Source: Ignavibacteriota bacterium
GTDB lineage: Bacteria > Bacteroidota > Ignavibacteria > UBA10030
Length of the DNA stretch: 64,000 bases
Assembly (NCBI GenBank): GCA_963701295.1
Contig: OY969585.1
Span: forward strand, 1,056,001-1,120,000
Reading direction: 5' to 3'
Shown one piece after another: positions 41,528-52,091 of the stretch. Positions within the stretch are counted from its first letter, which is position 1, and each line of letters begins with the position of its first letter. Under the pieces are notes generated by a model that did not search any database, was not told the DNA's origin, and was given only the letters and a program-made list of their open reading frames with translations. The position numbers and the translations under genes are program-made.

Positions 41528-42744
41528 TGGAATTTAAAACAAATCAGGAATGTGACGGCGGCGTGACTGCTGCTCAAGGATTCATTGCTGGCGGATTGTA
41601 CTGTGGTATACGAAAAGCAAAAAAAGATATTGCACTTGTTCAATCGATAAAACCTGCACTTGTTGCCGGTGTGTTCACGCTGAATAAAGTTGTGGCAGCA
41701 CCGTTGCTGGTGGATAAGCTGCAGCTTCAGAATTCAAGCCTGTGTTCTGCCATTGTTGTCAACAGCGGCAACGCTAATGCATGCACAGGCGAGCAAGGAA
41801 TGAAGGATGCATGGACAATGGTCGATATGGCGGCAAACGCTCTTCATCTGCCGCGAGAACAAGTGCTTGTCTCTTCCACCGGAGTGATCGGACAATATCT
41901 TCCAATAGAAAAAATCACAGAAGGAATTCGTGAGCTTTCCACCAAACTTTCAGCAGATGGGAACAGAGATGCCGCTGAAGCGATCATGACAACAGATCTT
42001 TTTTCGAAAGAATGTGCCGTTCGTTTCACAAGCGGTTCATCTGTTGTCACGGTGGGCGGGATGGCAAAAGGGTCCGGAATGATTGCGCCGAACATGGCTA
42101 CGATGCTGGCGTTTGTTACGACGGATGCTGCCGTTGCACCTTCAGCTTTGCAAACGGCTCTGAATGCTGCAAATAATCATTCTTTTAACTGTATTTCTGT
42201 CGATGGGGATATGAGCACGAACGATATGGTGCTCGTGCTTGCCAATGGTTTGGCAAAGAACGAAGAGATTCGGCAAAACACTCCTGCCTTCCGGCAATTC
42301 CTTGCTGCTTTGGAGTATGTTCTCGTCAAACTTGCCAAGATGATTGCACGCGACGGCGAAGGTGCGACAAAGTTTGTGGAGATTGTCGTTCAAGGTGCAC
42401 GAAGCGAGGCAGAAGCAGTACAAGCGGCGCGCTCAGTGGCAAATTCTAATTTGGTAAAAACTGCACTTCACGGTGCAGATGCAAATTGGGGACGTATTCT
42501 TGCAGCTGTCGGGTACTCTGGTATTGAATTTGATCCGGCGAACGTCTCGATCAGTTTTAACGACTTGCCGGTCTTTAAGCCGAATTACGAAATTGTCCTC
42601 GATGAAGTGAAAGCAAAAGCGGCACTGTCACAGGAAAACATCACCGTGTTGATCGATCTGAATCAAGGTTCCGCTAAAGCGCACTTCTGGACATGCGACT
42701 TGACAAAAGAATATGTGAATATTAATGCGAATTATAGATCATAA
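41527..42744 (+). CDS. argJ: Ornithine acetyltransferase/N-acetylglutamate synthase
   Basis: NSGNANACTG, STGVIG, KGSGMIAPNMATML, DGEGATK, WTCDL. Confidence 0.96.
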   Translation: MEFKTNQECDGGVTAAQGFIAGGLYCGIRKAKKDIALVQSIKPALVAGVFTLNKVVAAPLLVDKLQLQNSSLCSAIVVNSGNANACTGEQGMKDAWTMVDMAANALHLPREQVLVSSTGVIGQYLPIEKITEGIRELSTKLSADGNRDAAEAIMTTDLFSKECAVRFTSGSSVVTVGGMAKGSGMIAPNMATMLAFVTTDAAVAPSALQTALNAANNHSFNCISVDGDMSTNDMVLVLANGLAKNEEIRQNTPAFRQFLAALEYVLVKLAKMIARDGEGATKFVEIVVQGARSEAEAVQAARSVANSNLVKTALHGADANWGRILAAVGYSGIEFDPANVSISFNDLPVFKPNYEIVLDEVKAKAALSQENITVLIDLNQGSAKAHFWTCDLTKEYVNINANYRS

Positions 42745-42843
42745 GGACGTAGAATTTATAAAATGGAATGTAAAATATAAATGTTAACTGTTAGTGCTCA
42801 TAGCTCATAAACCTTAACTCAAAACTGATTATAGAAAAATCGT

Positions 42844-43692
42844 ATGATTGACACTCAAACAAAAGAAGAAGTCCTCATTAAAGCGTTGCCGTACATTCAA
42901 ACATACGAAGGCAAAACATTCGTCATCAAGTACGGCGGTGCGGCAATGAGGGATGAACGTCTGAAGGTGACATTCGCTCAGGATGTAACGATTCTGCGAA
43001 AAATAGGTATCAATATCATCATTGTGCATGGCGGCGGAAAAGATATTACTGATCTTGCATCTGCCCTGAATATTGAATCGCGATTTGTTGACGGTCAACG
43101 CTATACCGATGAACACATGGTGGATGTGGTGCTGATGGTGCTTGCAGGAAAGCTGAATAAAGAAATAGTGAATCTTATTAATTCGAATGGCGGGAATGCG
43201 GTTGGATTGTGCGGTGTGGACAACGGATTGCTCAAGGCAAAGCAGAATTCAGAAAAAGATCTTGGTTTAGTGGGGGAAGTAAGTTTTGTGAATGTATCTT
43301 TTCTCAATTTACTCCTTAATAACGGAATGATGCCGGTGATTGCCCCGCTTGCCGTAGGAGAGGAGAGTAAAATTCTTAACATTAATGCAGATCTTGCAGC
43401 AGGTGCCATTGCAGCGGAATTGAAAGCGGAAAAACTGGTGTACCTGAGCGACATTGAAGGTGTACTCGTGAATCAAAAGCTTATTTCATCCCTCACGCAT
43501 TCGGAAGCGGAATCGCTTGTCGAACGTGGTGCTATTCATGGCGGAATGATTCCAAAAGTACGCTCGGCGTTCGCAACACTCAACCGCGGTGTTCGCAAGG
43601 TTCACATCATCGACGGGCGCATCAAGCATTCACTGTTGCTTGAAATTTTCACAGACGAAGGAATTGGAACCCAAATGACACACGAATCATAG
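42844..43692 (+). CDS. argB: Acetylglutamate kinase
   Basis: IKYGGAAM, VHGGG, NINAD, GGMIPK, EIFT..GIGT. Confidence 0.96.
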   Translation: MIDTQTKEEVLIKALPYIQTYEGKTFVIKYGGAAMRDERLKVTFAQDVTILRKIGINIIIVHGGGKDITDLASALNIESRFVDGQRYTDEHMVDVVLMVLAGKLNKEIVNLINSNGGNAVGLCGVDNGLLKAKQNSEKDLGLVGEVSFVNVSFLNLLLNNGMMPVIAPLAVGEESKILNINADLAAGAIAAELKAEKLVYLSDIEGVLVNQKLISSLTHSEAESLVERGAIHGGMIPKVRSAFATLNRGVRKVHIIDGRIKHSLLLEIFTDEGIGTQMTHES

Positions 43693-43703
43693 GGAACACA
43701 CAT

Positions 43704-44156
43704 ATGGAAAAACAACGACGACATTTGGCAATCAAACAAATCATTGCCAACCGTACCATCAACACACAAAGTGAATTGGCGTCGGCCATGCGAAAAGAAG
43801 GATTTAAAACAACTCAAGCGACGCTCTCGCGTGATATGAAGGAGCTTGGTATCGCATGGGTGTATACACCGAGCGGTGCAAAGTACATGCTCAATCCGGA
43901 ACAGGAAGAAGAACGGCTGACAACGCTCATCGGAATGGAAGTAGAAAATATTGAAGCGAATGAGACCGTGATCGTTGTCAAGACGCTTCCCGGTCGTGCA
44001 CAAGGGGTTGCAGAAATTATTGATCATCTTCGATTGCCGTCTGTGCTTGGCACACTTGCCGGCGATAACACAGTGTTCATTTTACCGCGTTCAATCAAGA
44101 AGATAAAAGCAACGATTCTAGCACTGCACGATGTGCTCGCAAAGACAAAACAATGA
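43704..44156 (+). CDS. argR: Arginine repressor
   Basis: TQ.EL, TQATLSRD.KELG, KTLPG.A, GTLAGDNT. Confidence 0.95.
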   Translation: MEKQRRHLAIKQIIANRTINTQSELASAMRKEGFKTTQATLSRDMKELGIAWVYTPSGAKYMLNPEQEEERLTTLIGMEVENIEANETVIVVKTLPGRAQGVAEIIDHLRLPSVLGTLAGDNTVFILPRSIKKIKATILALHDVLAKTKQ

Positions 44157-44198
44157 TGGCTATCTTTGCCACACACGGTTTCAGAGGAATATATTTTT

Positions 44199-44537
44199 AT
44201 GTATGTTCGTACTATTGACATTGCGCATCCGCCGCTGAAGTCTGATGATGCTGAACAAATATTGGAAAATGAATTACGAAGCGCCCGCTTATCAAAAGAA
44301 GGACGTGTGTTGAAAGTGATCCATGGCTACGGTAGTCAAGAACGTCCCGGTGTGTTAAAGGGAGTTGTTCGCAATTGGACGTATCGAAACCGAGCGAAGC
44401 TGTTAGCAGTTATTCCCGGAGAAGAGTATCAAATGTTTGATGCGAAGACGATCGAAATACGGAAGGCGTGCGGACAGATGTTCGATCCCGATCTCGGCAT
44501 GAGCAATTCCGGTATTACATTGATTTGGATAAAATGA
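44199..44537 (+). CDS. Stand-alone Smr/MutS2-domain protein
   Basis: KVIHGYGS...G.LK..VR.W and N.G.T signature; GAGG SD before ATG 44199. Confidence 0.7.
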   Translation: MYVRTIDIAHPPLKSDDAEQILENELRSARLSKEGRVLKVIHGYGSQERPGVLKGVVRNWTYRNRAKLLAVIPGEEYQMFDAKTIEIRKACGQMFDPDLGMSNSGITLIWIK

Positions 44538-44688
44538 GTATTTGAGAAGTTCCCGCCAACTTATTCGCTGTCTTTTTGGCGGACGGTGGATGTGTCTATG
44601 GTACAGAGTTGATGAGCAGTTGAATTGAAAATCCTTAAAATAATAGTAACACTCGGAATAGTAAAAAATAAATCTTAGGAGAATAAAC

Positions 44689-45909
44689 GTGAAGAAGGAA
44701 CGTATTGCCGTCGCATATTCCGGTGGCCTCGATACCTCAGTCATTGTGAAATGGCTGCAGGAAAAATACGACGCAGAAATTATTACTGTCACAGGAAACT
44801 TAGGACAGAAAAAGGAACTTATTGGGGTGAAAGAAAAAGCACTGAAGACCGGTGCAAAGAAAGCATACGTCCAGGATCTTCGCAAGGAATTTGTGGAAGA
44901 GTACATCTATCCTGCACTCAAGGCAGGTGCATTGTACGAATACAACTATCCGATGGCAACAGCGATAGGGCGTCCCTTGCTTGCGAAATCTTTAGTAGAA
45001 GTTGCATTGAAAGAAGGATGCACGGCAGTTGCACACGGTTGTACTGGAAAAGGAAACGATCAAGTCCGTTTTGAAGTCGCTGTGGCGGCGCTTGCTCCGG
45101 AGTTGAAAGTGCTGGCTCCTGTACGCGAGTGGGAATTCAAATCGCGCGAAGAAGAGATTGCCTATTGTGAAAAGCATGGCATTCCGGTTTCTGCAACGAA
45201 GAAGAATCCATATTCCATTGATGAAAATCTCTGGGGCACTGCCATCGAGTGCGGTGTGTTGGAAGATCCGATGGTCGAGCCGCCTGCCGACGCATACCAA
45301 CGTACCGTACCACCCAATCTCGCACCGGACGAACCGACAAGCGTGATGATTGAGTTTAAAAATGGTGTTCCGATTGGATTAAATGGTAAAAAAATGTCCG
45401 GTGTTCAGTTGATCGATCGTCTCAATGACATTGGCGGCGCAAACGGCATCGGCAGACTTGATCTTGTCGAGAACCGATTGGTCGGAATCAAATCGCGCGA
45501 GGTGTACGAAGCTCCAGCTGCAGCCATCCTCCATTTTGCGCACCGTGAGCTTGAACGCCTTGTACTCGACAAAGATACGTCGCACTTCAAAGCGAAGCTC
45601 TCCGCTGATTATGCCGATATGATTTATAATGGCCTGTGGTTCACACCTTTGCGTGTCGCTATGGATGCATTTGTGAATGAAACGCAGAAAGTCGTTTCCG
45701 GTTTGGTGAAAGTAAAACTCTACAAAGGCAATCTCGATATAGCCGGACGCACATCACCATCTTCACTGTATGACACAAAATTAGCAACATATACAGAAGA
45801 GGATTCGTTCGATCACAAAGCAAGCGTCGGCTTTATTAAAATCTATGGCTTACCGGTGAAAACGTTTTATTCAGTGAACAAACAATTGTTAAAGAAGAGA
45901 AAAAAATAG
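44689..45909 (+). CDS. argG: Argininosuccinate synthase
   Basis: [38 protein letters not shown]. Confidence 0.97.
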   Translation: MKKERIAVAYSGGLDTSVIVKWLQEKYDAEIITVTGNLGQKKELIGVKEKALKTGAKKAYVQDLRKEFVEEYIYPALKAGALYEYNYPMATAIGRPLLAKSLVEVALKEGCTAVAHGCTGKGNDQVRFEVAVAALAPELKVLAPVREWEFKSREEEIAYCEKHGIPVSATKKNPYSIDENLWGTAIECGVLEDPMVEPPADAYQRTVPPNLAPDEPTSVMIEFKNGVPIGLNGKKMSGVQLIDRLNDIGGANGIGRLDLVENRLVGIKSREVYEAPAAAILHFAHRELERLVLDKDTSHFKAKLSADYADMIYNGLWFTPLRVAMDAFVNETQKVVSGLVKVKLYKGNLDIAGRTSPSSLYDTKLATYTEEDSFDHKASVGFIKIYGLPVKTFYSVNKQLLKKRKK

Positions 45910-45934
45910 TCAAAGAAGTAAGTTTTTACTATCA

Positions 45935-45966
45935 AAAAGCCATTCTATATTATAGGATGGTTTTTC
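45935..45966 (+). terminator. Rho-independent terminator after argG
   Basis: AAAAAGCCATTCTA...TAGGATGGTTTTTT hairpin plus T tract. Confidence 0.65.
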
Positions 45967-46046
45967 TATTTTGGGTTTGTGCTTGAATTTCATCTCATTT
46001 CTTGATTGATTAATACCAGCAGTATTCTATAATGCTGGAAATTTAT

Positions 46047-47861
46047 ATGCTACGTTCAATCTTAATCCTTCTCTTCTTTGCATCAAGTGCAGAAGCGCAG
46101 GTCAATATCGATCCAATTCGTCCGCATATGCCGGATTCACTTTTCTTGCAAGTACAAATTCCAGATAAAGATACAATCCGGACATTTTCATCGCACTTAC
46201 GGATTGCTGCTTGTACTCGGCCGGAAGCAACGGCATTCATCAATGGCAAGCAAACGACAGTCTATCCAAGTGGCGCGTTTGTTGGACTTGTGAGCGTGAA
46301 TGTCGGTATTACCAATCTTCGATTTACGGTACTTTCAGCAAAAGGCGATTCGCTCTGGAAGGAGTTCGCCGTTCTTCGTCCAGAACCGATGAAGAATTCA
46401 TCGCATGATACACTCGTTATCGAAGATGCACTGATGGAACCATCGCAAGATATGTGGTTGACGTCAGGCGATGTGTTGGAAATGAGATTTAAGGGAAGTC
46501 CCGGATGGGAAGCTTCATGTGATATTCCGGGAATTAAATCAGATATTAATATGCGAGAGCAGTCTTCGAAGGAAGCAGATGGTTTTTCAGGAGTTTATAT
46601 TGCTTATTACACAGTCAAACCTGCCGATGAAGTACATGAAGTGCAAATTATCTTCAGATTGAAAAAAAGTTTTTGGAGTAAAGAAAAAGTTCTTTCCAAA
46701 GCAAAAATATCTTTTATTCCCGGTGAACTATTGCGTGTTGCAGAAATTGTTGGGAGTCGTCCGTATCTCAACGCCGGTCTCGGGAGTGATCGCCTCGGCG
46801 GGTCAAAACTTGGCTTTCTTCAAGCAGGTGTGCGATTGGGGATAACAGGAAAAATCGGTTCGCAGTATCGCGTACGATTATCAGAAATAATGAATGCATG
46901 GCTGCCGGAAGAATTTGCGAAACTCTTACCGCCTGATACACCACTGCCACGCTCGTTGGCGGGTGCTATTTCTGCAACAGGAAATGGCTCGGAAGATATT
47001 GTCACGCTTGTGCTCTCTGAAAAGCTGCCTTACACCAGCGAGCAGTTGATAGCCCCCAACGCAATCGCCGTTGATGTCTATGGAGCAACATCCAACACTA
47101 ACTGGATTTCACAAAATCTTTCTGCAAGCGGCATTGAAAATATCACATGGAAACAGATTGCAGCAGAACAGTACCGTATGACCATCACTCTTCAACATCC
47201 GCATTGGGGATACGATATCGACTATGCGGGAAATTTACTGCGTGTAAAAATACGGCGGCCGCCAGCAATACTCTCTCGCGATTCTGTATTAGCAGGACTC
47301 ACTATTGCTCTCGATGCAGGACATGGCGGCGATGTGAAAGGAGCGGTTGGCGCTACCGGTGTACTTGAGAAAGATGTAACTATTTCGATAGTGCGTCACC
47401 TTGAATCCATTCTCAAATCGAAAGGTGCCAAGATAATACTGACGCGAAGAGAGAACGAAGGGCCGTCCATGGCAGATCGGATCGATAAAATAGCGCGTTT
47501 AGGGGCTCAACTTCTCGTGAGCATTCACTGCAATTCTGCGGGCGAAGCTTCAGATCCGCTTACCATAGCTGGTGTCAGTACGTACTACCGGCCTATTGGT
47601 TTTAAACCGCTTGCGGACATTATATATACTAAGATGCTTGCTCTTGGACTTCAACAATTTGGTGTCGTAGGCAGCTTTAATTTTATGCTTAACTCACTCA
47701 CTCAAATGCCTAATGTCCTCGTGGAAACGGCTTTTCTCTCCAATCCCGAAGATGAAATGCTCTTATTAGATGATGGGTTCAGGAAGAAAGTGGCGGAACA
47801 AATTACAATAGGATTAGAGGAGTTTGTTAGAAATAATTTAGGAGTGAAAGAAATTAACTGA
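46047..47861 (+). CDS. N-acetylmuramoyl-L-alanine amidase (Amidase_3)
   Basis: Signal peptide; LDAGHGG, EKD, SIHCNS, VLVETAFLSN. Confidence 0.88.
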   Translation: MLRSILILLFFASSAEAQVNIDPIRPHMPDSLFLQVQIPDKDTIRTFSSHLRIAACTRPEATAFINGKQTTVYPSGAFVGLVSVNVGITNLRFTVLSAKGDSLWKEFAVLRPEPMKNSSHDTLVIEDALMEPSQDMWLTSGDVLEMRFKGSPGWEASCDIPGIKSDINMREQSSKEADGFSGVYIAYYTVKPADEVHEVQIIFRLKKSFWSKEKVLSKAKISFIPGELLRVAEIVGSRPYLNAGLGSDRLGGSKLGFLQAGVRLGITGKIGSQYRVRLSEIMNAWLPEEFAKLLPPDTPLPRSLAGAISATGNGSEDIVTLVLSEKLPYTSEQLIAPNAIAVDVYGATSNTNWISQNLSASGIENITWKQIAAEQYRMTITLQHPHWGYDIDYAGNLLRVKIRRPPAILSRDSVLAGLTIALDAGHGGDVKGAVGATGVLEKDVTISIVRHLESILKSKGAKIILTRRENEGPSMADRIDKIARLGAQLLVSIHCNSAGEASDPLTIAGVSTYYRPIGFKPLADIIYTKMLALGLQQFGVVGSFNFMLNSLTQMPNVLVETAFLSNPEDEMLLLDDGFRKKVAEQITIGLEEFVRNNLGVKEIN

Positions 47862-48006
47862 GAAGGAGTAAAGGAAAGTCATCTAATTATTCAGTAAGCT
47901 TTCCATGCACGCTATTATTCATGCCCCGTTGTTCCCTCCCCTAAATATGATTAAATTGATATAAGAATAAGTCGTACGTCGACCATGATCACATTGGACA
48001 ACCATT

Positions 48007-49398
48007 ATGGCAGCACAAACACTCTGGAGTGGACGCTTTAAAGAACCCCTCGCTGAAATTGCACTGAAGTTTTCTTCTTCCATTGAATTCGATAGACTTT
48101 TATACGAAGAAGACATTGCAGGAAGCATCGCCCACGTCGAAATGCTTGCTGCGTGTAAGATTCTTACTGCATCAGAAGGACGGCGCATTCGCACAGCCCT
48201 GAAGGCAATTCAGAAAGAAATTGAAACTGGCAAATTCAAGTTGACGTCCGAGTATGAAGATGTGCACTCGGCAATTGAACAACGGCTGACACAGAAAATT
48301 GGTGCGCTTGGCGGAAAACTTCACACAGCCCGCAGCCGCAACGATCAGATTGCACTTGATGAACGTATTTTCCTTCGTTCGGCTATCCGTGAAATCAGTA
48401 AACTCGTCATTAATCTTCAGCGCGTGCTGCTCTATAAAGCGGAAAAGAATTTTGGTGTTTTGATGCCGGGTTATACCCACACACAGCGGGCGCAAGCCAT
48501 TATGTTGTCGCACCACCTGCTGGCGTATATCAGCATGTTGGAACGCGACTTCGAACGTTTGCAAGATTCCAGCAAGCGTCTGAACAAGTCTCCACTTGGT
48601 GCTGCGGCATTTGCCGGAACACCGTTCCCAATCAACCGTGCACTGGTGGCAAGGAAATTAGGCTTTGATGGTATCGTGGAAAATAGTATCGATGCCGTGA
48701 GCGATAGGGATTTTATTCTTGAATTCATCTCTGCATGCAGTATGATGATGATGCACCTGAGCCGTTGCGCTGAAGAGCTCGTCCTTTGGACAACAAAAGA
48801 ATTTTCCTTCGCTCAAATCAGCGACTCCTACACGACCGGCAGCAGTATTATGCCGCAGAAAAAGAATCCGGATATGGTGGAACTTGTCCGCGGTAAAACA
48901 GGACGAGTGTATGGTGCATTGATGAATCTTCTTACGACGATGAAAGGACTGCCGCTCGCATATAACCGCGATATGCAGGAAGACAAACAACCGATGTTCG
49001 ATGTCGTGAAAACAGCGCGCGAGTCCCTCTTTATCCTTGCACATGTCTTAGTTCATACAACGTTCGATAAATATCATCTGGAAGAAGAACTCCGCACAGA
49101 TTTTCTCACTGCAACGGATATGGCTGACTATCTTGTCACGAAAGGCATTCCCTTCCGCGAGGCACATGTGATCACAGGCGAAGTTGTTCAATACTGCGTG
49201 ACGCATAAGATGTATTTTGGCAATCTGGATCTTGGCACGCTGAGGGAATTCTCACCCAAATTCGAGCCGGATATCTTTGATTTTATTTTGCCGCAAACAA
49301 GCGTTGAGCGTAAGCAATCAGCAGGCAGCACAAGTCCGCAGGAAGTGAAGAAACAGATTGTGCATTGGACACATGTGTTGAGTAAACGAAGGGTCTAG
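48007..49398 (+). CDS. argH: Argininosuccinate lyase
   Basis: LWSGRF, HTARSRNDQ, PGYTH.Q.AQ, TGSSIMPQKKNPD, YNRDMQEDK. Confidence 0.97.
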   Translation: MAAQTLWSGRFKEPLAEIALKFSSSIEFDRLLYEEDIAGSIAHVEMLAACKILTASEGRRIRTALKAIQKEIETGKFKLTSEYEDVHSAIEQRLTQKIGALGGKLHTARSRNDQIALDERIFLRSAIREISKLVINLQRVLLYKAEKNFGVLMPGYTHTQRAQAIMLSHHLLAYISMLERDFERLQDSSKRLNKSPLGAAAFAGTPFPINRALVARKLGFDGIVENSIDAVSDRDFILEFISACSMMMMHLSRCAEELVLWTTKEFSFAQISDSYTTGSSIMPQKKNPDMVELVRGKTGRVYGALMNLLTTMKGLPLAYNRDMQEDKQPMFDVVKTARESLFILAHVLVHTTFDKYHLEEELRTDFLTATDMADYLVTKGIPFREAHVITGEVVQYCVTHKMYFGNLDLGTLREFSPKFEPDIFDFILPQTSVERKQSAGSTSPQEVKKQIVHWTHVLSKRRV

Positions 49399-49420
49399 GG
49401 CTGTCAATGCACAGATTATG

Positions 49421-49453
49421 AAAAAGCCGTCTTGATCCATCAAGACGGCTTTT
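49421..49453. terminator. Bidirectional intrinsic terminator between convergent genes
   Basis: AAAAAGCCGTCTTGAT-CC-ATCAAGACGGCTTTT. Confidence 0.85.
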
Positions 49454-49500
49454 GTGTATGTAAATACATACTGTGCAATCGCTCTGTATTTACTGCTTAC

Positions 49501-51027
49501 CTACCAGTTATATCGTATGGTATAGGTAATTGTTTCCTCTTCGTCCTTTTTCAGCTTCACAGGAAACTTGATTGTAGTCTGATTTACTTTTTCCCAAGAA
49601 GTGTTGCTTTTAGTTATATCCCATTCATTCCAGCGCCATGGGTGTTCATAGACAAGAACTTCAACTTGTTCTGATTTATGATTGCGGACTTTGACCTCAA
49701 ATGTCTCATCGACGACATGACCGGAAATAACGACGCGGAAATCTTTCTGCGCTCTTTCGCCGACAATGTCAAATGCGTTTCCGAGATAAAGTTTAATTTC
49801 TTCATCCTTTGGCGTATGATCGATTTCGTCCTCACCGATGAATTGTTCTTTACCATCATCATCTTGTTTATAGACGCGTACTTTGCCTTTCGGCAATGCA
49901 ATGCCGAGTCCAGCTTTTTCTTCGTTCTTAAAAGTCACAAATACACCGACCTTTTTGTTCGATTCCTGGCCGAAACTTCCCTGTGCACGATACGAGTAGC
50001 TATTGTACCAATACCGCCATTGATCAGAAAGCCCATCATAGATAAAAACTTTTTTTGAAAGAACATTCTTAGCAGATGTCAGTTCAATCTGTTTTGTTTC
50101 GTTATTCCCAAGATCTGTTTTTCGCTGGAGCGAATAGAGCTTGTACTCAAAAAGTTCTTTCTGTTGAAATTGCGGCGCGGCTGCCACTCCGTCCATCGCT
50201 ATCCTGGATTTCATCATGCCGCTATAGCTGGCTTGTTCTTCTTTTACAAGATTCACATCGCCTGCTACCAATTTCAATCCTGTGTTTTTAAACGTTGTGC
50301 CGGAATTGTTCGTAATCGTCACCCAGCCTGTCAGGTCGATCTCCGTATCTTTTGAATTGAGTAACGCAACATAATTGCAACCCCATGTCAATTGATTGGC
50401 AAGGTAACTGATTTCCGTTTTGTGCAGACCTGCCTTTGTTGTATTGACAAGCCATTCAAGTTGTGGTTTCAGGATCAATCCCTCCGGCAAATTTGGAAGA
50501 ATAAGTCGACCTGCGGGACCAATTTCGATCTTCCCGTTGATTTCTGCGATCATTTGTCCGGTCGAATAGTAAGGTTCACCGCCACTGTAAGGATTATACC
50601 CGGGTTGAGGCTGCCAACCGGTAGCAAGAAGCTTTCCTTTAACGGTGTAATCTTTCTTTGATTCGTTGTCCGTTCGGATAAATTCCACTTCTTTGCCGAT
50701 GTATTTTTCCATTAACTTAGCTTGGTGCACAAGGTCGTACTGGTAGTTTTGTTCTAACACTTTCACGGCTTCTGGATCGGTGAGACTTGAAAAGTGCAGT
50801 GACGTGCCGTCGATGGTGGCAGGAATATCGGGAATAATGACACGGTTCAATCCTTTCGCCAAGTCGATTGTGCGTTCCTCGCGAACCAGTGCAAGATTAA
50901 TATTATAGATCGTGAGGTCGACCGCTTGGCGATTGCTTGCTGGTGTGATAGGCTGTGCAGATGTTCTACACCAGCCGCCCATTAACACACAAACAACAGC
51001 GAACAACGAGCAAAAGAGATTTTTCAT
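49501..51027 (-). CDS. DUF4139 domain exported protein
   Basis: Signal peptide; LTIYN..LALVRE.R, EQNY.YDL, GW.T..N.SG, LPKG.VRVY, GED.IDHTP. Confidence 0.8.
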   Translation of the reverse strand: MKNLFCSLFAVVCVLMGGWCRTSAQPITPASNRQAVDLTIYNINLALVREERTIDLAKGLNRVIIPDIPATIDGTSLHFSSLTDPEAVKVLEQNYQYDLVHQAKLMEKYIGKEVEFIRTDNESKKDYTVKGKLLATGWQPQPGYNPYSGGEPYYSTGQMIAEINGKIEIGPAGRLILPNLPEGLILKPQLEWLVNTTKAGLHKTEISYLANQLTWGCNYVALLNSKDTEIDLTGWVTITNNSGTTFKNTGLKLVAGDVNLVKEEQASYSGMMKSRIAMDGVAAAPQFQQKELFEYKLYSLQRKTDLGNNETKQIELTSAKNVLSKKVFIYDGLSDQWRYWYNSYSYRAQGSFGQESNKKVGVFVTFKNEEKAGLGIALPKGKVRVYKQDDDGKEQFIGEDEIDHTPKDEEIKLYLGNAFDIVGERAQKDFRVVISGHVVDETFEVKVRNHKSEQVEVLVYEHPWRWNEWDITKSNTSWEKVNQTTIKFPVKLKKDEEETITYTIRYNW

Positions 51028-51112
51028 AGCGAACTCCTTTTGTTCATGGTTAAAGAACACCATGAATTAATATGATGGAATTCAAAAAGGTAAATGAATC
51101 TTTCTATGTTTT

Positions 51113-52024
51113 TTATTTTGAAGGTACAAATTTCCGTTTTGCCATTCTATCCCACAACTTTATTAATAATGGAGCAATAGCAAGTGCAAGGAATGCGACT
51201 GCAATACCTACCACTGCATCAGTCACATAATGATAACGGCAATAGAATGTGGAAATGTACAGCGAGAGCACGATTGGTGATAAAACCCAGAATGATGGGC
51301 GATGATACCGATATGCCATCACCCACATAATTGTCGCGGCGGCTGTATGCGGACTGGGAATCGATCCGCCGGCAAAATGCAGATACTTCCGCATACACTC
51401 ACCAAGAAATGTCCAGACCCAACCATCTAATGGCACAGTGTATAATTGTTTGATGTAATACATTGGACTCGCAACCGGGAAAAGAATGAAGCCAATATCG
51501 CAAAGAATGTTGGTGAAGCCGAGCGTGAAGAAGTAATCCTCCATTGCCAGCTCGCCGCGCAAATAATAAATGATTCCGCAAAGGACGGGATACATAGGAA
51601 TATAGATCACGTAAGAGAACATCAACCATTCCGTGAGAGGTTTTGAGATGAAGTCTTCAAGCCATAAAGTTGGTTGTACACCAAAAACCCATTGTTCGAA
51701 ATCGGTAACATAATAATCCATCCATTGACCATGAATCAGCAATTGGAATTTATCAACGGCACCGAAAAGATATGCATACGTGAGCGTGACTGCTGCGACA
51801 CGCAGAAAGAATCGCCAGAATTTCTTCGAAGTATTTTCGCTTAACCGGTTGAAGAGGATGTATGTAATCGCAACGATAATGTTTTTCAGGATCAACATCC
51901 ACCATCCTTCGATCCGGTTGAAAAAGATAATTGCGAGTAAACTGAAAAATGCAAGTGTTGCGAGAATGAGTCCGTCTGTCGCACCAAGATGTAATTTACC
52001 AATTGCGATTTTTTTATTTGTCAT
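51113..52024 (-). CDS. PAP2-superfamily (AUR1/IPC-synthase-like) membrane enzyme
   Basis: Multiple TMs; FPVASP, PSPH, RYHYVTD motifs. Confidence 0.78.
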   Translation of the reverse strand: MTNKKIAIGKLHLGATDGLILATLAFFSLLAIIFFNRIEGWWMLILKNIIVAITYILFNRLSENTSKKFWRFFLRVAAVTLTYAYLFGAVDKFQLLIHGQWMDYYVTDFEQWVFGVQPTLWLEDFISKPLTEWLMFSYVIYIPMYPVLCGIIYYLRGELAMEDYFFTLGFTNILCDIGFILFPVASPMYYIKQLYTVPLDGWVWTFLGECMRKYLHFAGGSIPSPHTAAATIMWVMAYRYHRPSFWVLSPIVLSLYISTFYCRYHYVTDAVVGIAVAFLALAIAPLLIKLWDRMAKRKFVPSK

Positions 52025-52038
52025 AATATTCCTAAAAG

Positions 52039-52085
52039 ACCTTGTCAAGGTTCACTGTACGTTGCTTTAGAAACCTTGACAAGGT
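52039..52085. repeat. REP-like inverted doublet
   Basis: ACCTTGTCAAGGTT (52039-52052) and its exact reverse complement AACCTTGACAAGGT (52072-52085); each copy is itself palindromic. Confidence 0.7.
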
Positions 52086-52091
52086 TTCACA

